Part shown: in pieces, positions 10,559 through 20,361 of the stretch
Numbering within the stretch: the first letter of the stretch is position 1
Layout: every line of letters starts with the position of its first letter
NCBI GenBank assembly: GCA_965228875.1
Contig: OZ245843.1
Location: forward strand, 1,470,616-1,534,615
DNA: 64,000 nt
Direction: 5' to 3'
From: Thalassobaculaceae bacterium
GTDB taxonomy: Bacteria > Pseudomonadota > Alphaproteobacteria > Thalassobaculales > Thalassobaculaceae
Program-made: the position numbers and the translations under genes
The notes under the pieces: model-generated
The model's input: the letters and a program-made list of their open reading frames with translations, nothing else
Told to the model about the DNA's origin: nothing
Databases searched by the model: none

Positions 10559-11482
10559 ATGAGCGTCAGCCAAACCGACCCGAAGAGCTTCGTCATCGCG
10601 GACGGTGACGACCCGGTCTCGGTGTTCGAGCGGCACCGCGCCGAACTGGAACGGTCCCGACTGACCGCGACGGTCGTCTATGGCGGCCTGTTCGTTCTCG
10701 CCCTCGCCGCCGCGATCTACATCTCGAACTTCTTCCCCGCAAAGCTCGCCGCTGGCGTGCCGAAGATCGGCGACTACATCCACGACATCCTGCCGGTGCT
10801 CGACCCCGCGCTTCTGTTCGCCGACACCAAGACCGAGGGATCGCTGGCCTACTGGTACTTCAACCTGCCGAAGTATCTCCAGCTGCTGGTCGAGACGATC
10901 AACATGGCGGTGTTCGCCACGATCTTCGGGACCCTCGGCGGCTTCGTGCTGTGCTTCCCCGCCAGTCGCAATCTGGCGCCCAACGGCTGGGTCTACTTCC
11001 TCTGTCGGCGCTATATGGAGTTCTGTCGCGGCGTGCCCGAGGTGATCTTCGCCATCGCCTTCGTCTGGGCCTTCGGCATCGGACCGCTGGCCGGCATCGT
11101 CGCCATCGCCATCCACTCGACCGGCGCGCTGGGCAAACTGTTCAGCGAGGTCAACGAGAACGTCGATACCAAGCCTATGGAAGGCATCCGCGCCTCGGGC
11201 GGCTCCTGGTTCGACGAGATCCGGCACGGCGTCGTACCGCAGGTGCTTCCGAACTTCGTCAGCTACGCCCTGCTCCGCCTGGAGATCAACATCCGCGCCT
11301 CGTCGATCATCGGCTTCGTCGGCGGCGGCGGGATCGGCCAGGAACTCTACTACGTCATCAACTTCAACTTCTACGAGGAGGTCAGCGCGCTGGTGCTGCT
11401 GATCGTCGCCACCGTGACCTGCGTCGATCTGGTCTCCGAGCGGGTCCGCCACCGCTTCATCGGACGGGAGAACCTGACATGA
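10559..11482 (+). CDS. phnE: Phosphonate ABC transporter permease (copy 1)
   Basis: Multiple TM segments; GKLFSEVNENVD, QVLPNFVSYALLRLEINIRASSIIGFVGGGGIG. Confidence 0.93.
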   Translation: MSVSQTDPKSFVIADGDDPVSVFERHRAELERSRLTATVVYGGLFVLALAAAIYISNFFPAKLAAGVPKIGDYIHDILPVLDPALLFADTKTEGSLAYWYFNLPKYLQLLVETINMAVFATIFGTLGGFVLCFPASRNLAPNGWVYFLCRRYMEFCRGVPEVIFAIAFVWAFGIGPLAGIVAIAIHSTGALGKLFSEVNENVDTKPMEGIRASGGSWFDEIRHGVVPQVLPNFVSYALLRLEINIRASSIIGFVGGGGIGQELYYVINFNFYEEVSALVLLIVATVTCVDLVSERVRHRFIGRENLT

Positions 11483-12342
11483 GCAGCGCGACCGCCACCG
11501 TCTCGGCGTCCGAGATCCGCGCCGCCGCCGAACGTTTCCCGGAGGTGTTCCGCCAGTCGCCACGCGCGCTCTGGGGCCGGCGGGCGTTGATCGCCGGCGG
11601 GGTCGCCTATTTCGCCTTCTGCGTCTGGGCGTTCGAGATCACGTTCGAACGGCTGTTCGGCGGCCTGCACAAGATGGGACACGTCCTGTACAGCATGGTG
11701 GTCTGGAACGACTTCCTCACCTGGGACTTCACCGGCATCCTGGTCGGCCTCGGCGAGACGCTCGGCATGGCGCTGCTGGGCACCACCATCGCCTCGATGT
11801 TCGCGATGGTCTTCGGCTTCGTCGCCGCCAAGAACGTGGTGCCGAACCGGATCGTCCACCACGTCATGCGCCGGTTTCTCGACCTGCTGCGCGGCGTCGA
11901 CACCCTGATCTGGGCGCTGGTTTTCGTGCGCGCGGTCGGCCTCGGTCCGTTGGCCGGGGTGCTGTCGATCATCGTCAGCGATACCGGAACCCTCTCGAAG
12001 CTCTATTCAGAGGCGGTGGAGAACGTCGACCGCAAACCGATCGAGGGCGTCAAGGCGACCGGGGCCAGCGACATGCAGCGCTACCGCTTCGGGTTCCTGC
12101 CGCAGGTGATGCCGGTCTTCCTGTCCATGTCGCTCTACTGGTTCGAGAGCAACACGCGTTCCGCCACGATCCTCGGGATCGTCGGCGCCGGCGGCATCGG
12201 CATGCAGCTCTCCGAGCGGATGAAGGTGCAATACTGGGATCAGGCGGCCTTCATCATCCTGCTGATCCTGCTGATGGTGGCGATCATCGACACCCTGTCG
12301 AAATGGATCCGCCTCAGGCTGATCGGCAAGAGGGAGCTCTGA
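11479..12342 (+). CDS. phnE: Phosphonate ABC transporter permease (copy 2)
   Basis: KLYSEAVENVD, YWFESNTRSATILGIVGAGGIG; ATGA overlap with the first phnE. Confidence 0.93.
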   Translation: MSSATATVSASEIRAAAERFPEVFRQSPRALWGRRALIAGGVAYFAFCVWAFEITFERLFGGLHKMGHVLYSMVVWNDFLTWDFTGILVGLGETLGMALLGTTIASMFAMVFGFVAAKNVVPNRIVHHVMRRFLDLLRGVDTLIWALVFVRAVGLGPLAGVLSIIVSDTGTLSKLYSEAVENVDRKPIEGVKATGASDMQRYRFGFLPQVMPVFLSMSLYWFESNTRSATILGIVGAGGIGMQLSERMKVQYWDQAAFIILLILLMVAIIDTLSKWIRLRLIGKREL

Positions 12343-12406
12343 ACCGCGCCGCCCGTGACGCAGGGACAGTCTTGCGCCGGCGGGAAATCCGGTTACCGTC
12401 GCGCCC

Positions 12407-13441
12407 ATGAAAACCGATGTTGACTACATTTTCGGCGAGACCCTGCCAGAGCCGGGAACCGCCATGGACGTCGCGCCCGGAATCCGCTGGATCCGGATGC
12501 CTCTGCCCTTCGCCCTCGACCACGTGAACCTGTTCCTTCTGGACGACGGCGACGACGGATGGGTGCTGATCGACACCGGCGCGGCGCTCAAGCCGACCCA
12601 GGATCTGTGGGAGCCGATCCTGGCCACGCAGTTGGACGGCCGGCCGATCGCGCAGATCGTGGTCACCCACTTCCACCCCGACCATGTCGGCAATGCCGGC
12701 TGGCTTCAGGAGCGCACCGGCGCGCCGCTGTGGATGAGCCGCACCGAATGGCTGTCCGCCCGGGCCAACCGGGCCGAAGCCAGCGAGCAGTTCGCCCTGG
12801 TGGCGCCCGACTTCTACCGGCGCGCCGGCCTCAGCGAAATGCTGGTCGGCGAGTTGCGGGAACTCGGCAACCATTTCCGCAACCTCGTTTCGCCGGTGCC
12901 ACCGGTCTACCACCGGATCAGCGAGGATACGGCGCTGCAGATCGGCGGCCGGACCTGGCTCCCGATCATCGCCGGCGGCCATTCGCCGGAACACGTCTGC
13001 CTGTACTGCGTCGAGGACAACATCGTCCTCGGCGGCGACTTCCTGCTGCCGCGAATCTCCCCGAACGTGTCTGTCTGGTGGCACGAGCCCGATGGGAACC
13101 CGCTCGCCGACTACCTGCGCTTCCTGGCCTCCCTCGACTACCTTGAGCCGGACATCCTCGTCCTGCCGTCGCACGACCGACCCTATCGGGGCCTGCCGGA
13201 GAGGCGGGCCGACCTGATTGCCCATCATCACGAGCGCTTCGATCTCGCGGTCGAGACCTGCGCCGAGCCGGCGACGGCGGCCGACGTGATGTACAAGATG
13301 TTCAAACGACAGCTCGACGCCCACCAGAGCCGGTTCGCCATCGGCGAGGCCCTGGCGCATCTGAACTATCTGGTCGATGACGGCCGGCTGAAGCGCCATC
13401 TGGACGAGGACGGCATCTGGCGGTTCACCGCGGCGGAGTAA
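12407..13441 (+). CDS. MBL-fold metallo-hydrolase
   Basis: RMPLPFALDHVN, IDTG, THFHPDH (HxHxDH), GGHSPEH, GD..LPRISPN, LPSH. Confidence 0.9.
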   Translation: MKTDVDYIFGETLPEPGTAMDVAPGIRWIRMPLPFALDHVNLFLLDDGDDGWVLIDTGAALKPTQDLWEPILATQLDGRPIAQIVVTHFHPDHVGNAGWLQERTGAPLWMSRTEWLSARANRAEASEQFALVAPDFYRRAGLSEMLVGELRELGNHFRNLVSPVPPVYHRISEDTALQIGGRTWLPIIAGGHSPEHVCLYCVEDNIVLGGDFLLPRISPNVSVWWHEPDGNPLADYLRFLASLDYLEPDILVLPSHDRPYRGLPERRADLIAHHHERFDLAVETCAEPATAADVMYKMFKRQLDAHQSRFAIGEALAHLNYLVDDGRLKRHLDEDGIWRFTAAE

Positions 13442-13613
13442 CGACCCACAACACGCTCGTAGTGGCCCCTGATTTCGTGGAATACTTGCCGGCAAGCGGT
13501 ACGGCGCGCTGAACGTACCGGCCTGCAAGGGGCACACGGAATGCCCCTGTCCTGGGGAGGACGCCCGAGACTTCGTCGCATCACCCGCATGGGCGCCGTG
13601 ACCGGGAGGTTTA

Positions 13614-16487
13614 TTGGTGTCCGATAAAGAGTTGCCGACCCAGGCCGGCGCCGACCGGTCCATAGCCGTGACGCCGCTTCACAGGGGCGTGCCCTTGCGT
13701 CCGGCGCCCCACGACCTCACGGCCTGGTGCCTCGATCGGCTGGCGCACCACGACGCGATCGCCCAACACGATCCTCTGGCGACCGGTGTCCGCAGCCTGG
13801 CGATCGACCTGTCCGAGCATCTGGAGGACGGATCCCTCGACCTGTCGGCCCTGCACGCGGTGGTCCGCCAGATCAGCGACCGCGCCCTGGTCGAGCGCGC
13901 CGGCCGACTGCGGGACCAGTGCCGCCCCGCCGATTGGAAGGCTGCCGTCGATACCGCTCTCGCGCCGCTCGAGGAGGCCGGGCTCGCCGAGATCCGCACC
14001 GCCGTCGAGACCCCGCGGGCCGGCATCGTGTTCACCGCCCACCCGACCTTCGCGCTCTCCCGGACCCTGCGGGAGATCCTCGCCGAAATCGCCGGCGACG
14101 AAAGCGCCGCCGACCGCCTCGGCGCGGTGCCGCATGCCCCCGACCCCTCGATCACGCTGGCCGCCGAGCATGACGATGTTCGCGCCGCGATCGTGAACGC
14201 CCAGGACGCGCTGCGGGCGCTGAACGGCGCGATTCTCGACTGGCTCGAGGCGCACGTTCCGAACAAGTGGTGGAGCCTGCGCCCGGCCCCGATCCAGCTT
14301 GCCACCTGGGTCGGGTACGACCTGGACGGCCGGACCGACATCCATTGGGCGGAGACCGTGCGGTTCCGCCTGGAAGAGAAGGCCGTCCAGCTTGCGCGCT
14401 ATCGCGATGGCCTGGCCGCGACCGGCGGCGAGGCGCTGGAACCGCTGGTCGCCCGGCTCGGCGCCGCCCAGGTCGAGACGGCCGCCCAGGCCGCGATGTT
14501 CGCCGGCGACCTGGAGGATCCCGAGGTCGTGGTCGCCGCCGCCAACCGGCTCACCGCCGAAGGACCCGGGCGCCTCGTCACGCTTGCGCCGTTGCTCGAC
14601 TCCCTGGCCGCCATCATCGCAGAGGAGAGCGATCCCGACCGCCGCAAGGCGCTCTGCGTGATCGCCGCCGAGATGGAAGCCTGCGGCCTCGGCATTGCCA
14701 GGATCCATCTCCGGGTCAACGCCGCCCAGGTCCGGTCCGCCGTTCAGAGCGATCTCGACCTGTCCGGGCTGGCCGAATTTCACGACCGTCGGGCGCTCTC
14801 CGCGGCCGCCGAGAAGGCCGCCGGCGCGACCGCCGCGGCAGTAAATTTCGGCGCGGTGTTCCAGGAGAGCATGACCGCGCGGCGGCAGATGATGCTGTGC
14901 GCCCAGATTCTCAAGCACATCGACGCCGACGCGCCCATCCGGTTCCTGATCGCGGAGGTCGAGGCTCCGGCCACGATCATGGGCGCGGTCTACCTCGCCC
15001 GGCATTACGGCATCGCCGACAAGGTCGACATCTCGCCGCTGTTCGAATCGCCGCCGGTGATCGAGCGTGGCGGCCGGTTCATGGAGCGGCTCCTCGACGA
15101 GGAGGAATACGTCGCCTACATCCGCCGCCGCGGTCGCCTGAGCCTGCAGTTCGGCTTCTCCGACAGCGGCCGTTTCATGGGACAGGTCGGCGCCGATCTG
15201 GCCATCGAGCGGCTGCAGATTCAGGTCGCCAGGGCGCTCGGCAAGCGCGGTATCGCCGATGTCGAGGTGGTGCTCTTCAACACCCATGGCGAGTCGATGG
15301 GGCGCGGCGGCTTTCCCGGCACCCTGGCAGAGCGTTTCGACCACCTCTTCACCCCCTGGGCGCGCTCGCGCTACATCGCCGGGGGGCTGCACGCCCAGGC
15401 CGAGGTCAGCTTTCAGGGCGGCGACGGCTACCTGTATTTCGCCACCCCCTCCCTGGCCGAGGCCACCGTCCGCGGCCTTGCCGACTGGGCCTTCGCGCCG
15501 CCGGGCATCGCCGACGCCGGGGAGGATGCGTTCTACGCCGACATCAACTTCTCCTGGGACCTCTACCGGGCGGTGAAATCCTGGCAGGAAGCGCTGTTCG
15601 ACGACCCGCACTACCAGGATGTGCTGGGTGCGTTTCCGCCGAACCTGCTGCCGGGCACGGGCTCGCGAAAGACCCGGCGTCAGAGTGGAACCTCGAAGGG
15701 CTCCGGCGCGCGCGGCATGCGGGCGATCCCCCACAACGCCGCGCTCCAGCAGCTCGCCGCCCCGGCCAACGTGTTCGGCGGCCTCGGCCAGGCGGCCCGG
15801 CGGGAACCCGAGCGGTTCCTCGCCCTGATCGACGACTCGCCCCGCTTCGCCCGGCTGATGCAGATGGTGATGAAGGCGCGGCGATTGACCAGCATGTCCG
15901 TCCTGCGCACCTACGCCGACCTGTACAGCCCCAGCTTCTGGACCATTCAGGCGTCCCGCAGCGATCGGGACGAGACCGCCAAGATCGCCTACCGGATCGC
16001 CGACCGGCTCCATCGGCGCGACCACGACCACGCGATCCAGCGTCTGGCCAACCTGCTGTCGCGGGATCGCAGGCAACTCGACGCGGTCTGCCGCGATCTG
16101 GCGGAAGACGGCATCGGCGACCGCAGCTTTCCCAAGGAGCTGTACGTCCTGCACGCCATCCGCCTGGTCATGATTATGCAGGCGTTCTCGCTCGCCGCCG
16201 CGACGCCGGTCTTCTCCCACCGCCACGACATCACCCACGAGGTGCTGATAGACACCGCGCTGGACTTGCGGTTCGCCGAGGTGGCCGACACGATCGAGAC
16301 GATCTTCCCGACCGGCCACGGAGCCGCCGCCGCCTTCGCCGCCCTCACCGAGCCGAGCGACATCGCCGCCGAGCAGGCCGGATACCCCGAGGTCAAACGC
16401 CAGATCGCCGACCCACTGCGGCGCATCGACGGCGCGATCAAGGAGATCACCGTCGGCATCGCGCACTTCTACGGCGCCTACGGGTGA
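13614..16487 (+). CDS. ppc: Phosphoenolpyruvate carboxylase family protein, divergent type
   Basis: 957 aa with PEPC landmarks in order: VFTAHPT, WVGYDLDG, PLFE, FGFSDSGR, MGRGG, SFQG, MRAIP; TTG start with GGAGG RBS. Confidence 0.8.
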   Translation: MVSDKELPTQAGADRSIAVTPLHRGVPLRPAPHDLTAWCLDRLAHHDAIAQHDPLATGVRSLAIDLSEHLEDGSLDLSALHAVVRQISDRALVERAGRLRDQCRPADWKAAVDTALAPLEEAGLAEIRTAVETPRAGIVFTAHPTFALSRTLREILAEIAGDESAADRLGAVPHAPDPSITLAAEHDDVRAAIVNAQDALRALNGAILDWLEAHVPNKWWSLRPAPIQLATWVGYDLDGRTDIHWAETVRFRLEEKAVQLARYRDGLAATGGEALEPLVARLGAAQVETAAQAAMFAGDLEDPEVVVAAANRLTAEGPGRLVTLAPLLDSLAAIIAEESDPDRRKALCVIAAEMEACGLGIARIHLRVNAAQVRSAVQSDLDLSGLAEFHDRRALSAAAEKAAGATAAAVNFGAVFQESMTARRQMMLCAQILKHIDADAPIRFLIAEVEAPATIMGAVYLARHYGIADKVDISPLFESPPVIERGGRFMERLLDEEEYVAYIRRRGRLSLQFGFSDSGRFMGQVGADLAIERLQIQVARALGKRGIADVEVVLFNTHGESMGRGGFPGTLAERFDHLFTPWARSRYIAGGLHAQAEVSFQGGDGYLYFATPSLAEATVRGLADWAFAPPGIADAGEDAFYADINFSWDLYRAVKSWQEALFDDPHYQDVLGAFPPNLLPGTGSRKTRRQSGTSKGSGARGMRAIPHNAALQQLAAPANVFGGLGQAARREPERFLALIDDSPRFARLMQMVMKARRLTSMSVLRTYADLYSPSFWTIQASRSDRDETAKIAYRIADRLHRRDHDHAIQRLANLLSRDRRQLDAVCRDLAEDGIGDRSFPKELYVLHAIRLVMIMQAFSLAAATPVFSHRHDITHEVLIDTALDLRFAEVADTIETIFPTGHGAAAAFAALTEPSDIAAEQAGYPEVKRQIADPLRRIDGAIKEITVGIAHFYGAYG

Positions 16488-16537
16488 GCCGCCCGCCGGG
16501 TGGGGCGGACCTAGAAAGGTTCGGCGACGGCTAGGAC

Positions 16538-17563
16538 CTAATCCGCTGGGCCGACGACGCCGCTGACCAGGTTCTCGCGGTACAGCGCCGCTTCGTCGAG
16601 CCAGGCGCCGGCCCGCTCGAAGCGATCGATCACCCGGGCGGTCGCGGCCGCGAGATCACCCCGCGCCGCCTCCGCCCGCTCGACCGTCACCTGCTCGAAC
16701 CGGATCTCGTCGCCGGGCCGCATCCGGCCGAGTCGCGGGATGTCCGCCGAGATGACGGTGCCGAGCTTCGGATAGCCGCCGGTGGTCTGGTGATCGGCGA
16801 GAAGCAGGATGGGCCGGCCGTTCCCCGGCACCTGGATCGCGCCGGTGACGATGCCATCGGAGACGATGTCGTGACCCTTCACGTGCTGCAGCGCCGGCCC
16901 CTCAAGGCGGATGCCCATCCGGTCCGCCTCGCGCGAGCAGGTGTAGGCCTCGGCGAAGAAGGCGGCGATGCTGTCGGGCGCGAAGAAGTCGTCCTGCGGG
17001 CCGAGCACCACGCGGACCGGACCTCCCGCCCGGGTCCAGTCGAGATCGGCGCACTTGATCTCTCCTCGCTCGCCGACGGTGTCGACCGACAGCGGCAGGG
17101 CGTCGCCGTCGCGGACCGCCCGCCCGTCGATGCCGCCGATCCTGGCGCGGGTATAGGTCGCGCGTGAGCCGTACACCTCGGGCACGTCGATCCCGCCCTC
17201 GACAGCGAGGTAGGCGACGCCGGTGTCGGACAGCCCACCGATCCGGAACCGCGTTCCGCGGGAGAAGCGGACCGAGCGGTTGGCGTCGACCGGGCCGCCG
17301 CGCTCGCCCTGGACCTCGATCGCCGCCACGGTGCCGACCAGGGCGACGCGGACCGCCTCCGCCTCGACCTCCAACGTCGGCCCCATGACCCTCAGTTCCA
17401 GCGCCGCCGCTCCCGGCGGGTTCCCGACCAGGGCGTTGGCGATCTCCAGCGCCACCGGATCGAGCGCGCCGGATGGCGGCACCCCCAGATGCTGGACGTG
17501 GGGCCGGCCGAGATCCTGGATCGTCGGCGAGAAGCCGGCGGCGATGACCCGAAGCGCACTCAT
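16538..17563 (-). CDS. pxpC: 5-oxoprolinase subunit C family (carboxyltransferase A/B domain)
   Basis: TIQDLGR, GVPPSGALD, ANALVGN, DRMGIRL, GAIQVPGNG.PI.LLADHQTTGGYPK; ATGA overlap with pxpB. Confidence 0.9.
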   Translation of the reverse strand: MSALRVIAAGFSPTIQDLGRPHVQHLGVPPSGALDPVALEIANALVGNPPGAAALELRVMGPTLEVEAEAVRVALVGTVAAIEVQGERGGPVDANRSVRFSRGTRFRIGGLSDTGVAYLAVEGGIDVPEVYGSRATYTRARIGGIDGRAVRDGDALPLSVDTVGERGEIKCADLDWTRAGGPVRVVLGPQDDFFAPDSIAAFFAEAYTCSREADRMGIRLEGPALQHVKGHDIVSDGIVTGAIQVPGNGRPILLLADHQTTGGYPKLGTVISADIPRLGRMRPGDEIRFEQVTVERAEAARGDLAAATARVIDRFERAGAWLDEAALYRENLVSGVVGPAD

Positions 17564-18330
17564 GACGGATCCCCCGCGTCCGGAGCGATGACCGGTTCGC
17601 CGCTCTCCGCCAGTTCCCGGATCTCTTTGAACCGATCCTCGCCGATCGGGTCGAACCGGATGCGGTCGCCCGCCTGGAGCAGTATCGGCACGTCGCGGCG
17701 CAGGTCGAACAGTTCGACCGGCGTGCGTCCGAGGATATGCCAACCGCCGGGGGATTCGCTCGGATAAACGTTGGTCAGGTTGGTGGCCATGGCGACCGAC
17801 CCGGCGGGAACCCGCACACGCGGCTCGGTCCGCCGCGGCAGCGCAAGTTCGTCCGGCAGAATACCGAGATACGGCAGGCCGGGCAGGAAGCCCATCATGT
17901 ACACCTCGTATTCGACGCCGGTATGGCGTTCGACGACCGTGTCGATGTCGAGCCCGGTGCGCTCGGCAATCTCCTCGAGATCGGGGCCGTACTCGCCGCC
18001 GTACAGCGTCGGGATGCGCCAGAGCCGGCCGGCCGCCCTGGCCGCGCCCTGGTGGTCGAGCAGATCGCGCACCCGCGCCTCCAACTGGGCGCGCTGCATG
18101 ACGGTCGGATCGTAGTGCACCATCAGCGAGCGGAAGGTCGGCACCAGGTCGACCACTCCCCCGATCTCCGCGGCCCGCAGCGACTCGCCGAGGCGCATGA
18201 CCCGGTGATTGACGGCGGGATCGACCTCGGTCCCGAACTCGACCACCAGGGCGGTGTCGCCCGCCGCCAGAAATCGCGGTTCCACCGCTCCCGTGTCGGT
18301 CGCGTCTCCACCGCTGCCGGCTGCGCCCAT
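17560..18330 (-). CDS. pxpB: 5-oxoprolinase subunit B family
   Basis: GDTALVVEFG, DLVPTFRSL, YGGEYGPDL, GFLPGLPYL, PRVRVPAGSV, YPSESPGGWHILGRT. Confidence 0.92.
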   Translation of the reverse strand: MGAAGSGGDATDTGAVEPRFLAAGDTALVVEFGTEVDPAVNHRVMRLGESLRAAEIGGVVDLVPTFRSLMVHYDPTVMQRAQLEARVRDLLDHQGAARAAGRLWRIPTLYGGEYGPDLEEIAERTGLDIDTVVERHTGVEYEVYMMGFLPGLPYLGILPDELALPRRTEPRVRVPAGSVAMATNLTNVYPSESPGGWHILGRTPVELFDLRRDVPILLQAGDRIRFDPIGEDRFKEIRELAESGEPVIAPDAGDPS

Positions 18331-18392
18331 GGACCTGCTCCCGATCCGGTGATAAGTGACGATATCCCTTTGTTCCGTAGGCTGAGAGAGCG

Positions 18393-19169
18393 ATGGCACG
18401 CAAGGTCAATCTGAACGCCGACATGGGCGAAGGCTTCGGCGACTACGACATCGGCAACGACGACGAGATGCTGAAGGTCATCAAGTCGGCGAACGTCGCC
18501 TGCGGCTTCCACGGCGGCGACTGGAACGTCATGGACCGGGTCTGCCGCCAGGCAAGGGACCATGGCGTGTCGATCGGCGCGCACCCCGGGTTCAACGATC
18601 TCTGGGGCTTCGGGCGGCGCAAGATCCAAATGGCCGCCGGCGACGTCGAGCGCATGGTCGCCTACCAGATCGGCGCCCTGCAGGGCATGGCCGCTCTCAG
18701 CGGCATGTCCGTGACCCACGTGAAGATCCACGGCGCGCTCTCCAACATGGCCTGCGTCGACATGGACCTGGCCCGGGCCATCGGCCGGGCGATCAAGGGC
18801 GTCGATCCCAAGATCATCTGGCTCGCCCCGACCGGCTCCGATCTCGTGACCGCCGGCGGGGAACTCGGCCTGACCATCGCCTCCGAGGTGTTCGCCGACC
18901 GCACCTACGACGACAACGGCGACCTCACCCCACGCAGCCAGCCGAATTCCATGGTCGAGGATCCGGAGGAGGCGCTGACGAACATCCTGCACATGATCGA
19001 GCATGACGAAGTGATCTCGACCTCCGGCAAGGCGGTACCGGTCAAGGCGGACAGCGTCTGCGTGCACGGCGACGGGCCGACCGCGGTGGCGGTCGCCAAC
19101 CGGGTGCGTTCCGGTATCGAGGCGGCGGGCATCCAGGTCGTGCCGCTGACCGAGATGGAGTTCTCCTGA
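18393..19169 (+). CDS. pxpA: 5-oxoprolinase subunit A (LamB/YcsF family)
   Basis: NLNADMGEGFG, ANVACGFHGGD, GAHP, HVKIHGAL, EVFADRTY, SVCVHGD. Confidence 0.92.
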   Translation: MARKVNLNADMGEGFGDYDIGNDDEMLKVIKSANVACGFHGGDWNVMDRVCRQARDHGVSIGAHPGFNDLWGFGRRKIQMAAGDVERMVAYQIGALQGMAALSGMSVTHVKIHGALSNMACVDMDLARAIGRAIKGVDPKIIWLAPTGSDLVTAGGELGLTIASEVFADRTYDDNGDLTPRSQPNSMVEDPEEALTNILHMIEHDEVISTSGKAVPVKADSVCVHGDGPTAVAVANRVRSGIEAAGIQVVPLTEMEFS

Positions 19170-19172
19170 GCC

Positions 19173-20351
19173 ATGACCTCGCCGGCCTTCTCCCACGCCG
19201 AGTACACCGCGCGCCAGGACGCCGTGCGCCAGTCGATGCAGGCCAGGGGCATCGATACCCTGGTCGTCACCGAGCCGGCGAACATGTGCTACCTGACCGG
19301 CTATGACGGCTGGTCGTTCTACACGCCGCAATGCCTGCTGGTGTCGCTGGACCTGGATGAACCGGTCCTGATCGTGCGCGGCATGGACGCCAACGCCGGC
19401 AAGGTCACAACCCATCTGCGACACGACAACATTCTGGGCTTTCCGGATCATTTCGTGCAGCAGCCCGACCGCCACGCCATGGACTGGGTCGCCGAGGAGA
19501 TGGGCCGGCGCGGCATCGCCGCCGGCACGGTCGGCCTGGAGATGGACAGCTACTACTTCTCGCCGATGGCGTACGAGCACCTGAAGAAAGGGCTGCCCAA
19601 CGCGACGATCGCCAACGGCAACAACATCGTGAACTGGGTCCGGGCGATCAAGTCGCCGGCCGAGATCGCCTACATGCGCGAGGCGGCGAAGATCATCGCC
19701 GAGACCATGCGCGTCGGCATCGACGCGGTCGAGGTCGGCACCCGACAGTGCGACGCCGTGGCCCGGATCTACGACACGTCGATCCGCGGCGTGGACGGGA
19801 TCGGCGGCGACTATCCCGCCATCGTGCCGATGCTCCCCTCGGGCGTCGGCGCCTCCACCCCTCACCTCACCTGGTCGGACGCGCCGTTCAAGTCGGGCGA
19901 GGCGACGATCCTGGAGCTGGCGGGCGTCCGCCGGCGCTACCACTGCCCGATGGCGCGCACCGTTTCCCTCGGCAAGCCGCCGCAGAAACTCGCCGATGCC
20001 AGCGCCGTGATCTGCGACGGCATCGCCGCCGCGCTAGAGGCCGCCCGGCCGGGGGCGACCTGCGAGGAGGTGGAAGCCGCATGGCGCCGGGAACTGGCGA
20101 AGTCCGGCTTCGAGAAGGAGAGCCGCATCGGCTACTCCGTCGGCCTGAACTATCCGCCGGACTGGGGTGAGCACACCATGAGCCTGCGCCCCGGCGACCG
20201 GACGGAGATCCGGGCGAACATGACCTTCCACATGATCCCCGGTCTGATGCTGGACGATTGCGGCATCGAGATTTCGGAATGCTTCCTCATCACCGAGACC
20301 GGCGCGGAATGCTTCTACGACTTCCCGCGCCCGCTTGTGGTCAAGGATTGA
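19173..20351 (+). CDS. doeA: Ectoine hydrolase DoeA/EutD-like M24 (pita-bread) protein
   Basis: LTGYDGWSFY, MDAN, LEMDSYYFS, GGDYPAIVPMLPSG, PHLTW, RYHCPMART, YPPDWGEHTMSLR match DoeA/EutD as I recall it. Confidence 0.8.
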   Translation: MTSPAFSHAEYTARQDAVRQSMQARGIDTLVVTEPANMCYLTGYDGWSFYTPQCLLVSLDLDEPVLIVRGMDANAGKVTTHLRHDNILGFPDHFVQQPDRHAMDWVAEEMGRRGIAAGTVGLEMDSYYFSPMAYEHLKKGLPNATIANGNNIVNWVRAIKSPAEIAYMREAAKIIAETMRVGIDAVEVGTRQCDAVARIYDTSIRGVDGIGGDYPAIVPMLPSGVGASTPHLTWSDAPFKSGEATILELAGVRRRYHCPMARTVSLGKPPQKLADASAVICDGIAAALEAARPGATCEEVEAAWRRELAKSGFEKESRIGYSVGLNYPPDWGEHTMSLRPGDRTEIRANMTFHMIPGLMLDDCGIEISECFLITETGAECFYDFPRPLVVKD

Positions 20352-20361
20352 GCTCCCGCCG

